Notes under the pieces: generated by a model
Databases searched by the model: none
What the model saw: the letters and a program-made list of their open reading frames with translations, nothing else
What the model was told of the DNA's origin: nothing
Source: Monocercomonoides exilis PA203
Taxonomy: Eukaryota > Protista > Preaxostyla
Length of the DNA stretch: 64,000 nucleotides
Direction: 5' to 3'
NCBI GenBank assembly: GCA_001643675.2
Contig: LSRY02000066.1
Location: forward strand, 1-64,000
Part shown: piece by piece, positions 11,913 through 25,100 of the stretch
Position numbering within the stretch: the stretch's first letter is position 1
Layout of the letters: each line of letters begins with the position of its first letter
Position numbers and translations under genes: made by a program

Positions 11913-13790
11913 TTACTCTAGTTTGCCGAGTGGAACAGGCTTGTTCAGTGGATCGTCTGACTTATGGGCCTTTTCAAACAATTGCTTTGCGAAAAACCTC
12001 ATTTCATGTCTGAACTCCAGTGTGTCCAGATGAAGAGGATTAACACCATCAATCCCATACATGGCTCCATACCTTAAACGCAGGCATAATGCAATTTGAA
12101 TAAATACAAAAGTGTTTTCATTGACATTTCACAGACATAAAGGAAAAAAAATAGAAAAAGAAAAAATGAAAGAAAAGAGATGATGAAAATGCAAAACTCA
12201 AAATTGATTACATAAATTCAAAATAAAAATTGTTTTCATTGTTCCAACAAAAAAAAATGCAATAGCCTGAAATATATATCTCAACATACAATGAGCATGC
12301 AACACCAGCTGTTGAGTCGCTATCTCCAGAATGGACAGCTGAGTGCATAAGGAGTTCATTCCACATCTTCTCTGGAGGCTCGTGCATTGTGTGAAGCAAG
12401 CAATCATACGCTATAATAAGAATATCGTGTCCACTTGCTCCGCCTCTTCCATTGAAGGATACAGACTTTAAGATAACAAAAGAAAAATTAAAAAAAAAAA
12501 TAGTTTTCAATAAAAATATGTGATCAATATTGCTAATGAAGAATTACCTTGAAAAATATATTCTTTCCTTCCAATCCATACGATGTTGGAAAGACCGGCT
12601 CTTTGTGTTGTCCTTCTCGTCTATTCCTCTCAAAGTGAGATACTTGTTCCAATTCTTCACAATCACACACGTCATTTTGAAAAGAAGATCAAATTATAAT
12701 AAACTTCAAACTTCTTCGAAATATGCGAATGCTTCCAAATTGCGCTCTGGTTCGCGATCTTCCATTCCTTTGATATGTTCCTTGCAAAGTGGAATAACTT
12801 CATCCCTAAACTTTGCGCCCCATGCCACAAGAGGAATTTTCTGAAGTGCGTAACTAAGTTGAAAATAAAAGTCAATTGCAAATGATTGAAAATATTTGAA
12901 AAGAAGCAATATTTCCTGACCTTGTAAACGCAGCAACGCCAACACCTCCAAGATAGCCTGTGGGATGATGATGGGAAAGCCTTCCAGTTTCGATCGCTGT
13001 TATAATTAAATTCGGCAAAAGTTCTGGCGAAGGAAATCGTAGTCCAATGCACATTGAGCGCATTGCTGCCCCGCAACCTCCACCAGAACCACTAAATGGA
13101 ACAGTATTCCACGTATTAACATCCTGAATAATACACATCATTCATTATTTTAAATAAATTTGCTCAAAATATTACACTAAAGTATATTTGAAACTTCAAA
13201 CCTTATCTCCGTAAAGATCTTATTTTAGGAAAATTGAAACACATTTGTGTGTAAAGGTCAATATCATGTTAAAAAGAAAAATTGTTGTAATATAATTTTC
13301 AAACATCTGCAGCATGTTCCTCCTGGAGCCCTCCCTGCCTGAACGTGATAACAAACCAAATTATGATTTATTTCATTCAAAATATTTATATTTTGTACCA
13401 TTTTTTTCATTCCAAAGCAATAAGCTTGAAATACATTAATTATCAGTTGTTTCATTGTCGTAGCCGGTGCAAGCATTCCTTCTGCAGTTGCTATATGAAG
13501 AACTGTATCATCTATAAAATGATGAGAAACAAAAACAGAATACAAAATTGCAGAAAAAATGCAAATCATGCCCGAAACAATCCAAGGAGTTCCTTCCAGT
13601 TTAATCTGAAAATAAAAACATCACGAAGTTTTAAGCAATTAATAATCCAAACCTTATCAATTCCTCCAAGCTCCTCAATTCCTTTCAAAATGTTATCCTG
13701 CGTATTAAACTCCCACTCTCCCAAATGATATCCCAAAGCATCTCCAGCTCCACCAAGCAGAAGACATCCAATATATTGTTCAACTGACAT
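11913..13790 (-). CDS. ADPRH: ADP-ribosylarginine hydrolase (ARH1), 10 exons
   Basis: Motifs [63 protein letters not shown] and [10 protein letters not shown] match ARH1. Introns: 13652-13606, 13571-13512 (GC-AG), 13398-13339, 13304-13219, 13201-13124, 12920-12854, 12711-12655, 12547-12466, 12289-12073. One apparent homopolymer frameshift near 12602. Confidence 0.93.
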
Positions 13791-14211
13791 CAAAGTCTTT
13801 CTGAATATATGTCCCTAAAGTTTTTTGTTTTTAAGTTTACCATAACAAAAATTGATTTTTGTATTTTTTTCATATTTTTTGAAGAAGTGGAATTGAAATA
13901 AAATCCTCATTTTATATTTCATAGAATAACTGCATTTGAGAATTTATTATTCAGAAAATTTGAAAATTGTCACTTATCTGATTATTGAGGAAAAAAATTG
14001 GAAAAAAAAGAAAAATTGTGATTTCAGTTTTTTGAATAGCCAGAAATAAATGTTGTATTATCTTTTAATAATTTTTGTTGAAAGAGGTCAAATGAAATAT
14101 TTTGGAACTATTAACATGAATCATTTTTTCACAAGAAAATAATTTATTTCTTATGGATAAACCATGATCGATATTTCATTGCGTGAGAAATTAGGCATTT
14201 AATCGAATAGG

Positions 14212-15605
14212 ATGCAATTGACAAAATGTTTTGAAGGCTTGCATTAGGCATATGTTTTCAAAAATCGAAAGCGTTGTTTTGATTACACAAATATTAGATT
14301 TGTTCCATCAACTTGAACACTACAGTGGCAATGAGCAAAAACAGAAAATAATTGAAATTAATAAATTGATAAATGAAATGAGTGAAAGCGAACTGAATTC
14401 TGTAATCACGAAGAAAATGTTCGATGAAGTTGAAAAATTGATTAAAGAAACGAAATTATCATTGGAGAATATGTTTCTTCTATTAAAACAAATAGGATAT
14501 TTGAAAATGTTGAAAATTGCATTTAATGAAAGTTTTGAATTTTCCTTATTAAGAAAAAGGCTTGTAAGCCTTATGATAGAAGAGGATAAAAGAAAAGAAG
14601 AAAAGAACGAAAAGCTTCTTATTGATCTTTGCCAATGCTTTCTTTTTCTTCATGATTGCTATTTCAGCTTACCAGAGATGCATCTTTTATTTGTATGCGT
14701 TACTTGATGAAGGCTGCTTTGAACAAAAATGAAGATGAGGATACACAAAAGAAGTAGAAATGTGTTTGCTGGCTTTGAGTAACATAAACCAAAATAAAGT
14801 TTGAATATTTCATAGCTGTTTTTAATATTTGTTGAGTGATTTATTTGATTTTTAGATTGTTGAAAGAATATTATACCAAACTGACATACCAGAAATTATC
14901 ATATATCATCAGCATCATCACAACCTCACTCAACTAGCCTATTATGCAGCTTGGAAATTTTTAATCGATAGATTTTTAAATAACAAACAGCTTGAAGAAG
15001 TAATTGCTTATAAATTGCATTTTACAAGAGAAGCAAGAAAAGAATTGGATGAGCTTGAGCGATGTGTGAGTTTGAAGAAAAAGGAAAATGAAAGAAGGAA
15101 AACGAAAGAAGAATACATCATTTGGAATTGGTACGAAATTTTAAATACTTACTTTTCTGAGAACAGTTTATGGGGAATAGAAAATGTTGATTTTTTTGCC
15201 CGCACCGCGAAACTGCTTGGAGAAACAACGAAAAGAGAAAAATATTTTCATTCTTACTATTTGTCAAAGCTATGTAGAATAATTGAAGAAGAAGAGGTTT
15301 CTCTTTGCGTAATTGTGCGTACCAAAGCTATAGAAGCCATGCTTGCGGAATGTTACCAAATTTCAAATCGCTTTTATGTTGTGAATCAATGTATTTTATC
15401 GTTTTTTTCGCTCGCAAACAGATTGAATGCTTCAAGAAGAAAATGTACCGAAGAAATAGATTTAAAGATTATCAGAAAAGAAGCATGCGATAAGTTTGAA
15501 GAAGGGGGGTATTACGATACTATCATATCCTTAAGTAGAATAATACTCAAAAGAGAAAAATATTCCACTCCAAAAAAACTATCAGATTTTTTTGTGTGCT
15601 GTTAA
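14212..15605 (+). CDS. uncharacterised lineage-expanded family protein (copy 2, frameshifted; pseudogene or assembly error)
   Basis: Paralog of 9704-11148 with introns at homologous positions (14237-14297 GC-AG; 14799-14855). Frameshifts near 14687 and 14750 fall in T/A runs. Confidence 0.75.
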
Positions 15606-16104
15606 GCGTTGAATTCATTTATCAACAATACAAAACCTGGAACTGGAAAAATTTTCCTAATTCAATAATAATTTTTAATGTTGAAAATGAGCATGCAAAA
15701 TTTGGAAATAAAATTTTTAGTGTTTATTATTTTGCCTTTCGAACCAGTTTTTCGTACATGTGCATACAAAACTTTTATCCTACAAATAATTTCTTATCAA
15801 GCTTTAGTATGTGGCATTGCTTCAAATTTCTAATAATAATACATTTTTCGAAATAACTGAATTCATTTTTAAATAAGGGCTATGATTTCCTATAATTAGC
15901 ATGAGTAAAAGTATTTTCGTTTATTCGCAAATATTGAAATAATTGTGAAATAATCAATGATGCAGCTGACAAGTTGTGGAAAGCCAAACCTATCAAATAT
16001 TGCTATCGTTTTTTCATCCAACTTTTTCTTTTAATAATTATTACAGAAGATTTGAATTTATTCTTTTCACATCCTGTTATTCTTACCCATTTTATTTTAT
16101 TTTT

Positions 16105-19100
16105 ATGCCCAAACAAAATTTGCACCATGAAAAGAAAGGTAAAAGCTTTGTAGTGGATGAAGCAGCAATAATCAAATCACATATTAATCAAAAAAATTTA
16201 ACTCAAAGACTTTATTCCCCTGTTAAGCCAAAAATTACCTCACAACTTCCAATTCTTCATGAATTGAATTCTTCTAAAAGAAATGAACAAATTGGATTTG
16301 TATGCAATTGTTTTTAGTTATAACTATTTCAGGTAAATTCACTTCTTTTAATTCATTGTGCTTTATGTTGTTTGTAATGAATACAATAAATAAAATATGA
16401 TTTACTATTCTTTCATTTATCTTTTCAGCTCCCTCAATTGCCACCTTTGCAACCATTTAAAACAAAAGATAACTCCATGTTATTTTCTATTTCACATCAA
16501 AGAGGTATTATTCCTTTGAAGCAAAACAGCCCTCTTCGATCTTTAACTCAAGTGAAAACATCAACACAAAATGTGCCTTCAGCTACACCTTCCACGTTTC
16601 AAAAGCACTCATCAACTCCACCTCCATCACCAACATTAGAACCTTCCATGAGACTTCCTCCCCTTGGCTCAAGTTCAAAACCTAAATCTGGCATGGCACG
16701 CCATTCTTTTGATGGCGTGACGCAACTTTACAAAAACTCATCTCACAGGCGTTCAACTTCACCCTATTTACATTCAGTTGCACCACAATCAATTTCAAAG
16801 CGCACTTCATCCGGGACTGTCAATCTTGATCAATTCAAAATGTCTCTTCCATCTTCTGTTCCAGAATCAAAAAGTGTGCTTCGTTTTCTTGCACATGCAT
16901 GCACTCAACCAGATAGCACAGATTTTGTGTACTGTAGAATTGCAGGGGATGCATGTGACATGTTCAATCCTTATGATATGGAGATTATTTCGCACGAAGA
17001 GATTGACAAGCGCTCTTTCTTCACTGCATCTTCAACTGGACTTACACATTACTACGACGATGATTCCGAACACACAAGTATTTCACAATGGCTGGCCGAA
17101 CTGCGATTGTTTGAGACAGTGGTGCAGATTCCTCTGTTTCGTACATTTCGCACGTGGCGCTGCTTCTCTGCTTGGGAGTGCTATGCCAGGCGGCGGCGTG
17201 GTGCTGCAGGCGCATCGCGAATTAGTCGAGACACACTTTTTGGCAAACAAGGCACTGCACAGTGCGCTGCTCGAAGTGAATTCTGCCTGCCTGGCATTCA
17301 GCCGCACGCAGATGTTCCACACAGATGATGCGGAAACATACACCCTCGAGCACTTTTCGGAGGAAATGGCGCGGCAAAGTCAGAAGTTCAAGGCACTTTT
17401 GGACACTTTTTCCTCGCAGATTGAGCAGATTGTGCAGCGTGCCTGCAGAGAGGTGCTCTGCTCAAAAGGGTTCTTTGACAGTGCTGCCGAACTGTTAGGG
17501 CTGCAAAGCAAGAAAAGCGAGGCGGCTGATGCTGCTCAGGACGATGACAACACAGATGGATTCAGCAGCGAGATGCACATGCTGCTTTCTTCGCCTCTCT
17601 CTCAAAAGCCGCCACCATCACGGCAGTCAGCAATCAGACTTGTTGTGTCTGGAGACCAGTCGCATTTCGATGCTACACCTGTTGCATCGCCCGATGCAGA
17701 AATCGTTTCCTCGCTTTCGTCGACTCCTCAGCTAGCTTCGTCTTCTTTCCTTCTTCGCCATCACTTCTCCCAGCATTCATGTCACCCTCATTTCAGATGA
17801 ACACATCGCAGCACGACACATCAGCAGCCATATCACCGTTCCCTCCGTTTAGCCTATCAAACAAGACAGCAACCACATCCACTTCATCATCATCATCATC
17901 ATCATCGAACTTCTTTCTTCTTTCTTTCTTTTCCCACTTCAGCTGGCAAGAGCGAGCCCATCAGCTACACAAAGATGGCAGCCAAGCGGTTGGAATATCG
18001 CCGTCTGGTGTGCTTCATCCGGGCAGTTGACTACATCGTCATGGACACTCAACACAAGCTGATTGTGCAAGCAACATCTGAGCTGCTGGACACGCTTCAC
18101 CGGCGGAGCAAGAGAAAAGCACCGGCAGACCCAGCCACTCCTGCGCTGGACGAAGTGAAGAACCAGCGGATTGCTCGCAGAGCACTGAGCAAGGCAGCAA
18201 GCACTGCTGCTATGAAGAAGAAGAAAAAGAAGAAGAAAAAGAAAAATACAAACACAGGAAGAAAAGAGAAAACTGGGCAGACAAGAGAATGCGAAGTGAT
18301 GGTGGAGGATACAACAGCTCAATGGAGGAGAACAACGAGTTGATGGGATGGAGGGGCAGAAACGGAGAGGAAGACAGAGAAAACGAAGAAACAAACTATG
18401 GAGGATATCGAAATAACGAAGAAGAATATGATAATGACAGAGAAGATGAATATGAAGAAGACGATGAAGAGAACGAGGAAGTTAGAAGAAGAAGCAGAAG
18501 TACGAAAGAAGTTATTCTTGCACCGCTGTTTAAGACTGAGCTGCTAATCGAAGATGGACGAATGAAATTGTCTCACAATGGAGATGACTTTGAACGGTGC
18601 ATCAACCAACAGCTGGAAAGATTTGTGAAAGATGTTCTGGCAAACGAAAGATGCATTTTGAGTGGAACGTTCAAGTCGTACACAACACTCAGTGAAATTG
18701 GAGGAGGAGGAGGAGATGGAGACGGAGATGAAGAGGAAGACGTTGCAGACGATGGAGGAGATGAAGACGAAGGGGATGAAGTCGGGGAAAATCAGAGGTG
18801 ATCATCGGAGAGCGGTTGCAGCAGGACAAGCAATATCAGCAGCTGAAGGCGGAAATAGAAAATCAGCTTGTCAGCACATTCACCGCAGTGGTCAACCATG
18901 CCGCGAAGTTTAGGCCGTTTTTGAAGATGTACCAGAAGAACATTGAAATGGATGCAGATGCCATTGAAGCAAAGGATCCGCCGACGACATGGTATGCAGA
19001 GGCATTGGATGACCATGCTGCTCAGCTGGCTGATGCAGAAGCTCTTCCAAACTGCTTTGAGGTGCAGTTGTTCACAGTGGCAGTGCCACAGCTGAAGCAG

Positions 19101-22100
19101 GCAGTCAGCGAGTCTGCCAAGCGATGCATTGGAATTCTGCACAATGTGCTGCCTCTGATTGCAGCAAAGAAGCGCACAGCACATTCAGCAGCGATACGAT
19201 CGGCGTATGGCCAGCTGACAGCGCGGCCGGAGAGTGTGGAGGAGTATGCGTCGTTTCTGGCGACGGTCGATACGATCAACAATCAGCAGGTGCAGCTGCG
19301 GCACAACTTCGATGTGGTCGAAGCGTTCTATCAGACCATGCGCGACAACGGAATTGAGGTCAGCAGTTCTGATCAGGCGAATCTGCAGCTGATGGAGAAG
19401 AGTATGTCGCAGCTGACAGCAGCATTCACCACAACAGAAAGTGCAGTCGATGAGCAGACACAGCGCTTCAACAGAGAGCTGACGAGACATGTGACAGAAT
19501 TGAAGGCGCAGATTGGGAAATTGAAGGCGAAAGCAAACGAGCCAAATCTTCTGACGCACCCAGAAGAAGCAACAGCAACGCTGGCTGAGATAGAGCGGCT
19601 GACTGCCTCTGCTCAGAGACTGAGATGCGAAGCAGACAAAGCGGTTGGATTCCGACAGCTGTTTGGGGCGAATGTGGATTCGTGGGAGGAGCTGGCAGAA
19701 GTTGAGAAGGATATCGCAACGAAGCAGATGCTGTGGCAGAACCTGAGGTATTGGGAAGTGTTTGTGGAGGATATCAAAAAGGCGCCGTTCCAAACGTTGG
19801 AGAAGGAGAACGTGCACAGTGCGTATAGCAAGACACTCAAAGTGTATGGCCAGCTTGAGAGAGAGCTGCCACCGAACGCGGTGTGCGATGCATTCCACGA
19901 AGGGCTTGCCAAGTTTGGTGCCATCATTCCTTTGATCGATGCCCTGCGGAACGAAGATCTGAAGCCGCATCACTGGATGACTATAAGAGAGACGCTGACT
20001 GGATCGCCTGACCATTGGGATCCCCAGTTCTCGCTGGGGTGGATGCTTTCTCGAGTCGCACAGGAGAAAATAGGAGAGCTACGGCAGATCAGCGAAGAGG
20101 CATCGCAGGAAGCCGTGCTGACAGAGATGCTGCACAAAATCATAAACAAATGGACGAATTTGGAGCTGCGAACGAAAACCTTCCGAAATGAGAACTATCT
20201 TCTGGTCGAAGTGGATGATGTGCTGCGGGAGTACGATGATGCGAATGTACAGCTGGAGACAATCAAAGGTTCAAGACATGCTGATCCAATCAGAGAACAG
20301 GTGGATTTCTGGTCGTCGCGGCTGAGCACATTCAACGAGGTGCTCGAGCAATGGCTTGCCTTCCAGAAGAAGTGGCTGGCACTGGAGCCTGTGTTCCAGA
20401 ACGGAGATCTGCTGAAGGAGCAGGCAGGAAGGTTCCACGAGTGCGACAAGTTCTGGCGGGAGGTGATGAGAAAGACACACGAATTTCCTGCTGCGCTCCG
20501 GGCGACGCAGCAACCTGGGCTGGCGTCGATATTCAGGCAACACAACAGCACATTGGAGCAGATTGAGGCAGCGCTGGATGGGCTGCTGAACACAAAGCGC
20601 GCTCAATTCGGAAGGTTCTTTTTCCTGCCGAACGACGATTTGTTGGAGATTCTGAAGGAAGGGAAGAACCCGATGCAGGTTATGCCGTACATGAACAAGT
20701 TGTTTGACAACATCAAAACACTCAACTTCTCATCGCCTGACGATCCACGAAAAATGGAGGCAATTGGGATGATTTCGGCAGAAGGCGAGATTGTTCCATT
20801 TGGCGAAGAGAAAGTGAATCCCCGTGGGAAATCTGTGGAAACGTGGCTGAAGCTGATAGAGACAGCAATGGTAAGATCTCTCAAGACACTTTTAAAGGTG
20901 GCATTGAAGAAGCTATTTGCAATTGTGGCAGCAGGAACATCTTCAGCGACAGTTACTGCTTCACCACTTTCATCAGCTACATCTTCTACAATGTCCGCTG
21001 TTCAATCTTCTACCGTTCTTCCATCACTGTCATCCTCATCAGCTGGCACTTTCTCAGCCACCGGAACAGCTTCAAATGCACGCCAGCAGTGGATCTTGTC
21101 GAACAAAGCGCAGATTGCAATGGCTGGCTCGCAGATCCTGTGGACATCGCAAGTGGAACAGGCATTGGCAGCTGAGCGGTCGTCAGAAGAGCTGAAGAAG
21201 ATGGCAGCTCGATGTGAAACCACGCTGAGTCTTCTGACAGATCTGGCAAGGGGCCATCTGGATGCTCTGCAGCGTGTGAGTGTTGGTGCATTGATGGTTT
21301 TGGAGGTGCATGAGCGCGATGTGGTGGAGGAGCTTATTTCAGAAGGAGTGGGGTCAACTGGAGACTTTGACTGGGCAAAGAGGCTGAGGTATTACTGGGA
21401 CTCGAGAGAGGACGAATGCACCATAAGGCAGACCAGTGCGTCATTCAGATATGGCTACGAATATCTCGGATGCACATCGAGGCTGGTAATCACTCCTCTT
21501 ACTGACCAGTGCTATATTACACTCACCTCGGCTCTCCAACAGAAGCTTGGCGGTGCTCCAGCTGGACCTGCTGGAACAGGAAAGACAGAAACTTGCAAAG
21601 ATCTGTCAAAAGCAGTGGCAAGACAGTGTGTTGTATTCAACTGCTCCGATGGACTGAATGTGGGGACGATGGCACAGATGTTCTCTGGAATGTGCCAGGC
21701 AGGCGCATGGTTCTGCTTCGATGAATTCAACAGAATAGACATTGAAGTCTTGTCTGTGGTTGCGCAGCAGATACGGGAAATTCAAAATGCGCAGCAAGCA
21801 AATCAGTCCACATTTGTATTCCAAGGTTTTCGAATCCCGTTGAATCCTAGTTGTGCCATTTTCATCACAATGAATCCAGGATATGCTGGTCGAACAGAAC
21901 TTCCAGATAACCTTAAATCACTCTTCCGCCCAGTTGCCATGACAATCCCTGATTATTCTCTGATAACAGAGATTTTGCTCTTTTCAGAAGGTTTCCGCTC
22001 TGCAAAGGTGCTGGCACAAAAAATGACACAACTATATCGACTGGCATCAGAGCAGCTGTCGCAGCAAAAGCACTACGACTTTGGCATGCGTGCTGTGAAA

Positions 22101-25100
22101 TCTGTGCTTGTGATGGCAGGGCAGCTGCGTCGAGACAATGCAGACTTGAGTGAAGAGCAAGTGGTGATACGCGCAATGAGAGAGAGCAACCTGCCAAAGT
22201 TCCTTGCAGGTGACATCCCTCTCTTTGAAGCTATTGTCAGAGATCTGTTTCCAGATGCGTTGATTGTGGGAGGAGAACACGATGAGCTGGAGAGGATGAT
22301 ACGTGAAGTGTGCTATGCAAAGGAGTATTCTGTACTCAATTACCAGATGCAGAAGATCATTGAACTCTTCGGCATATGCTGCTTGAGACACGGCGTGATG
22401 ATTGTGGGGCCAACAAGAGGCGGAAAAACAGTCTGCAGAGAAGTGCTTGCAGAGTCCATGACTCGTTTGCGTAAAGATGTTGGCAGTTCAAATCCGATGT
22501 TTCAATCAGTTGAACAGAGAAGGCTCAATCCAAAGGCAATTTCAGCGGAAGAGATGTTTGGCAGCTTCAGTGCACTAACACAGGAGTGGAAAGAAGGGCT
22601 GTTGTCGTGCTTTGTTGCTGAGGTTGTGAAGGACGATGGACCAGATCTCAAGTGGATTGTGTTCGATGGGCCAGTTGATACACTCTGGGTTGAGTCGCTA
22701 AATACTGTTTTGGATGATTCGCGAACTCTCTGTCTTCCAAACAGAAAGAGAATCAAACTGACTCGAACGGTGTCGCTTCTATTTGAGGTGGAGAATGTGG
22801 ATGCAGCATCGCCTGCAACCATCTCGCGCTGTGGGATGGTTTATGTGGATCCATCAGGAATGCCATGGCTGGCATTCGTGCAGCGGTGGGCAGCAGAGCT
22901 TTCTGATGCTGTGTGGCCATCATTCTTGAAAGCGTATGTTGTCAGTCTGTTTGAGGAGTGGCTGCCTCCATTGTTAGAGGGAGTGACGAAGATGAAAGAG
23001 GATATCGCGCAGCCTGTTCTCACAAAGGTGGCAAACGTAACACGTATCATGGAGTCTGCTCTCACACCTGAACATGGCTTCATGCCAGGACCAACATACA
23101 CAAATTCCGAATTATTGGGATCTGGATCTGAAGACGGACTGATGAATGAAGCTGAAGGGGGTTTGGGAATACGTCGTTCGCAATCCTTCGTCAGAGCACG
23201 ATCGTCATCTGTGGTAAGTCTCGCATCTGTATCTGGATCTGGAAGTGGAAAGGAGAGAGGAGGGAAAGTTCATGCAACAGATTGGGAAGCATGGATCAGG
23301 AGCGTGTTTTTATTTGCGTGTGTTTGGGGCATTGGTGGTGCGCTAGTGGAATCTTCAAGAGAAGCGTTCGATGCGCTGATCAGAAAGTACGTTGAAGGAG
23401 TGTTTATGCCAACCACCGATAGTGTGTTTGACATTGTCTTGGATTATGAAAGCAAAGCTCTTGTTCAATGGGATATCCCTGAATACCAGCACAAGTCTGG
23501 CACTCCATTTTTCTCGATACTTGTACCAACAATCGACACTGTGCGCTATTTGTTCCTAACTTCGATGCTTATTGACGTGACAAAGCCTGTAATGGTCACT
23601 GGAGAAACAGGGGTGGGCAAAAGCATCATTGTTTCTAGTATTTTTTCTGAGAGCTCAAACACCGAAAAATCCGAGGCAGAATCTGCTGTAACATCAATAG
23701 CAGCACAGTCAGCTTCATCAGCGTCAGCATCTGCTTCAGCCTCTTTCTCTTCGACCTCAACTTCATCTTCAACATCATCTGGAGCGCTCCCTGAAGAACT
23801 GAGCAAGCCGAAACAAAAACGAGTTCCAGTGACTCTTTCATTCAGCGCACAGACAGACAGCAACCGCACACAGCAGATGATTGAAGCCAAACTGCACAAC
23901 CGAAGAGATCACTTTGCATCAGCGCCTGGCACGCTCACTGTTTTAGTGCTGGAGGACTTCAACATGCCCTCCCCAGACGCCTTTGGCTCGCAGCCGCCAC
24001 TCGAACTGGTGCGACAGCTACTCGACACAGGCGGATGGTACGATCGGGTGCTGCTTCAGTTCCGACCAATCAAAGGAACAACAACAGTGACCGTGTGTGG
24101 ACCGCCCGGTGGTGGAAGGAATGTGATGTCGTCGAGAATAAGCTCACTATTTACTCAACTGCGCGTGCCTCAGCCAAGCGAAAAGTCTCTTTTCACAATC
24201 TTCTCGTCAATTATGTCTGGAGTGATGGAAGAGAAGCAGTTCACGAGATCTCTTCAGGATATGGTGCCAGCTGTGGTAAGAGCATCCATCGAGCTGTACA
24301 CACATGCTGTTACTGAACTGAGGCCAACTCCGTCAAAGTCTCACTACAAGTTCAATTTGAGAGATGTGGGGAAGATATTTCAGGGGATGATGAGTGCATC
24401 GCCAGAGACTGTGCCTGATGAGGCCGTGCTTCAGCGTCTATGGTGTCACGAATCATTGCGAGTATTTGCGGATAGATTAGTCTCAAAGGAGGACAGGGCA
24501 ATTGTGACAACGCGCATCTGCGAGCTGGCAAAGCAATACTTTCATGTGCAGTGGAACCACGAAGAACTGTTTGTCTTCAAGACACCGCAGATGTGGGTAG
24601 ACTTTGCACAGCTGGAGAAGGAAGTCCCTCGACCATATGAGGAAATAGGAGATATTAAACAGCTACAGAATGTGCTTCAATCAGCGTTGGCAGAGTATAA
24701 CACAATGATCGCGAGCAGAAAGCAAAAAGAAGCAGACCTGGTGTTCTTTGAGGAGGCTGTGGAACATGTGGCGCGGCTCACTCGAATTCTGAGGCAATCA
24801 GGTGGACATGCCCTTCTTGTTGGAGTGGGTGGATGTGGAAAGCAGTCGCTTGCACGCTTGGCTGCATTCATTTCTGGATGTGGTTGCTTTGAAATAAGTT
24901 TAACCAAAAACTATGGACATAACGAGTTTAGAGAGGATCTGCGAAAGCTGTACATGCAATCAGGGGCTGAAGGAAAATCGATAGTGTTTCTGCTTAGTGA
25001 CATGCAGATTGTCAGCGAAGCCTTTCTGGAGGATGTTAACTGCATTCTGTCGAGCGGAGAAGTTCCTGGGCTGTTCGACTTCCAGCAACGTGAAGTGGCC

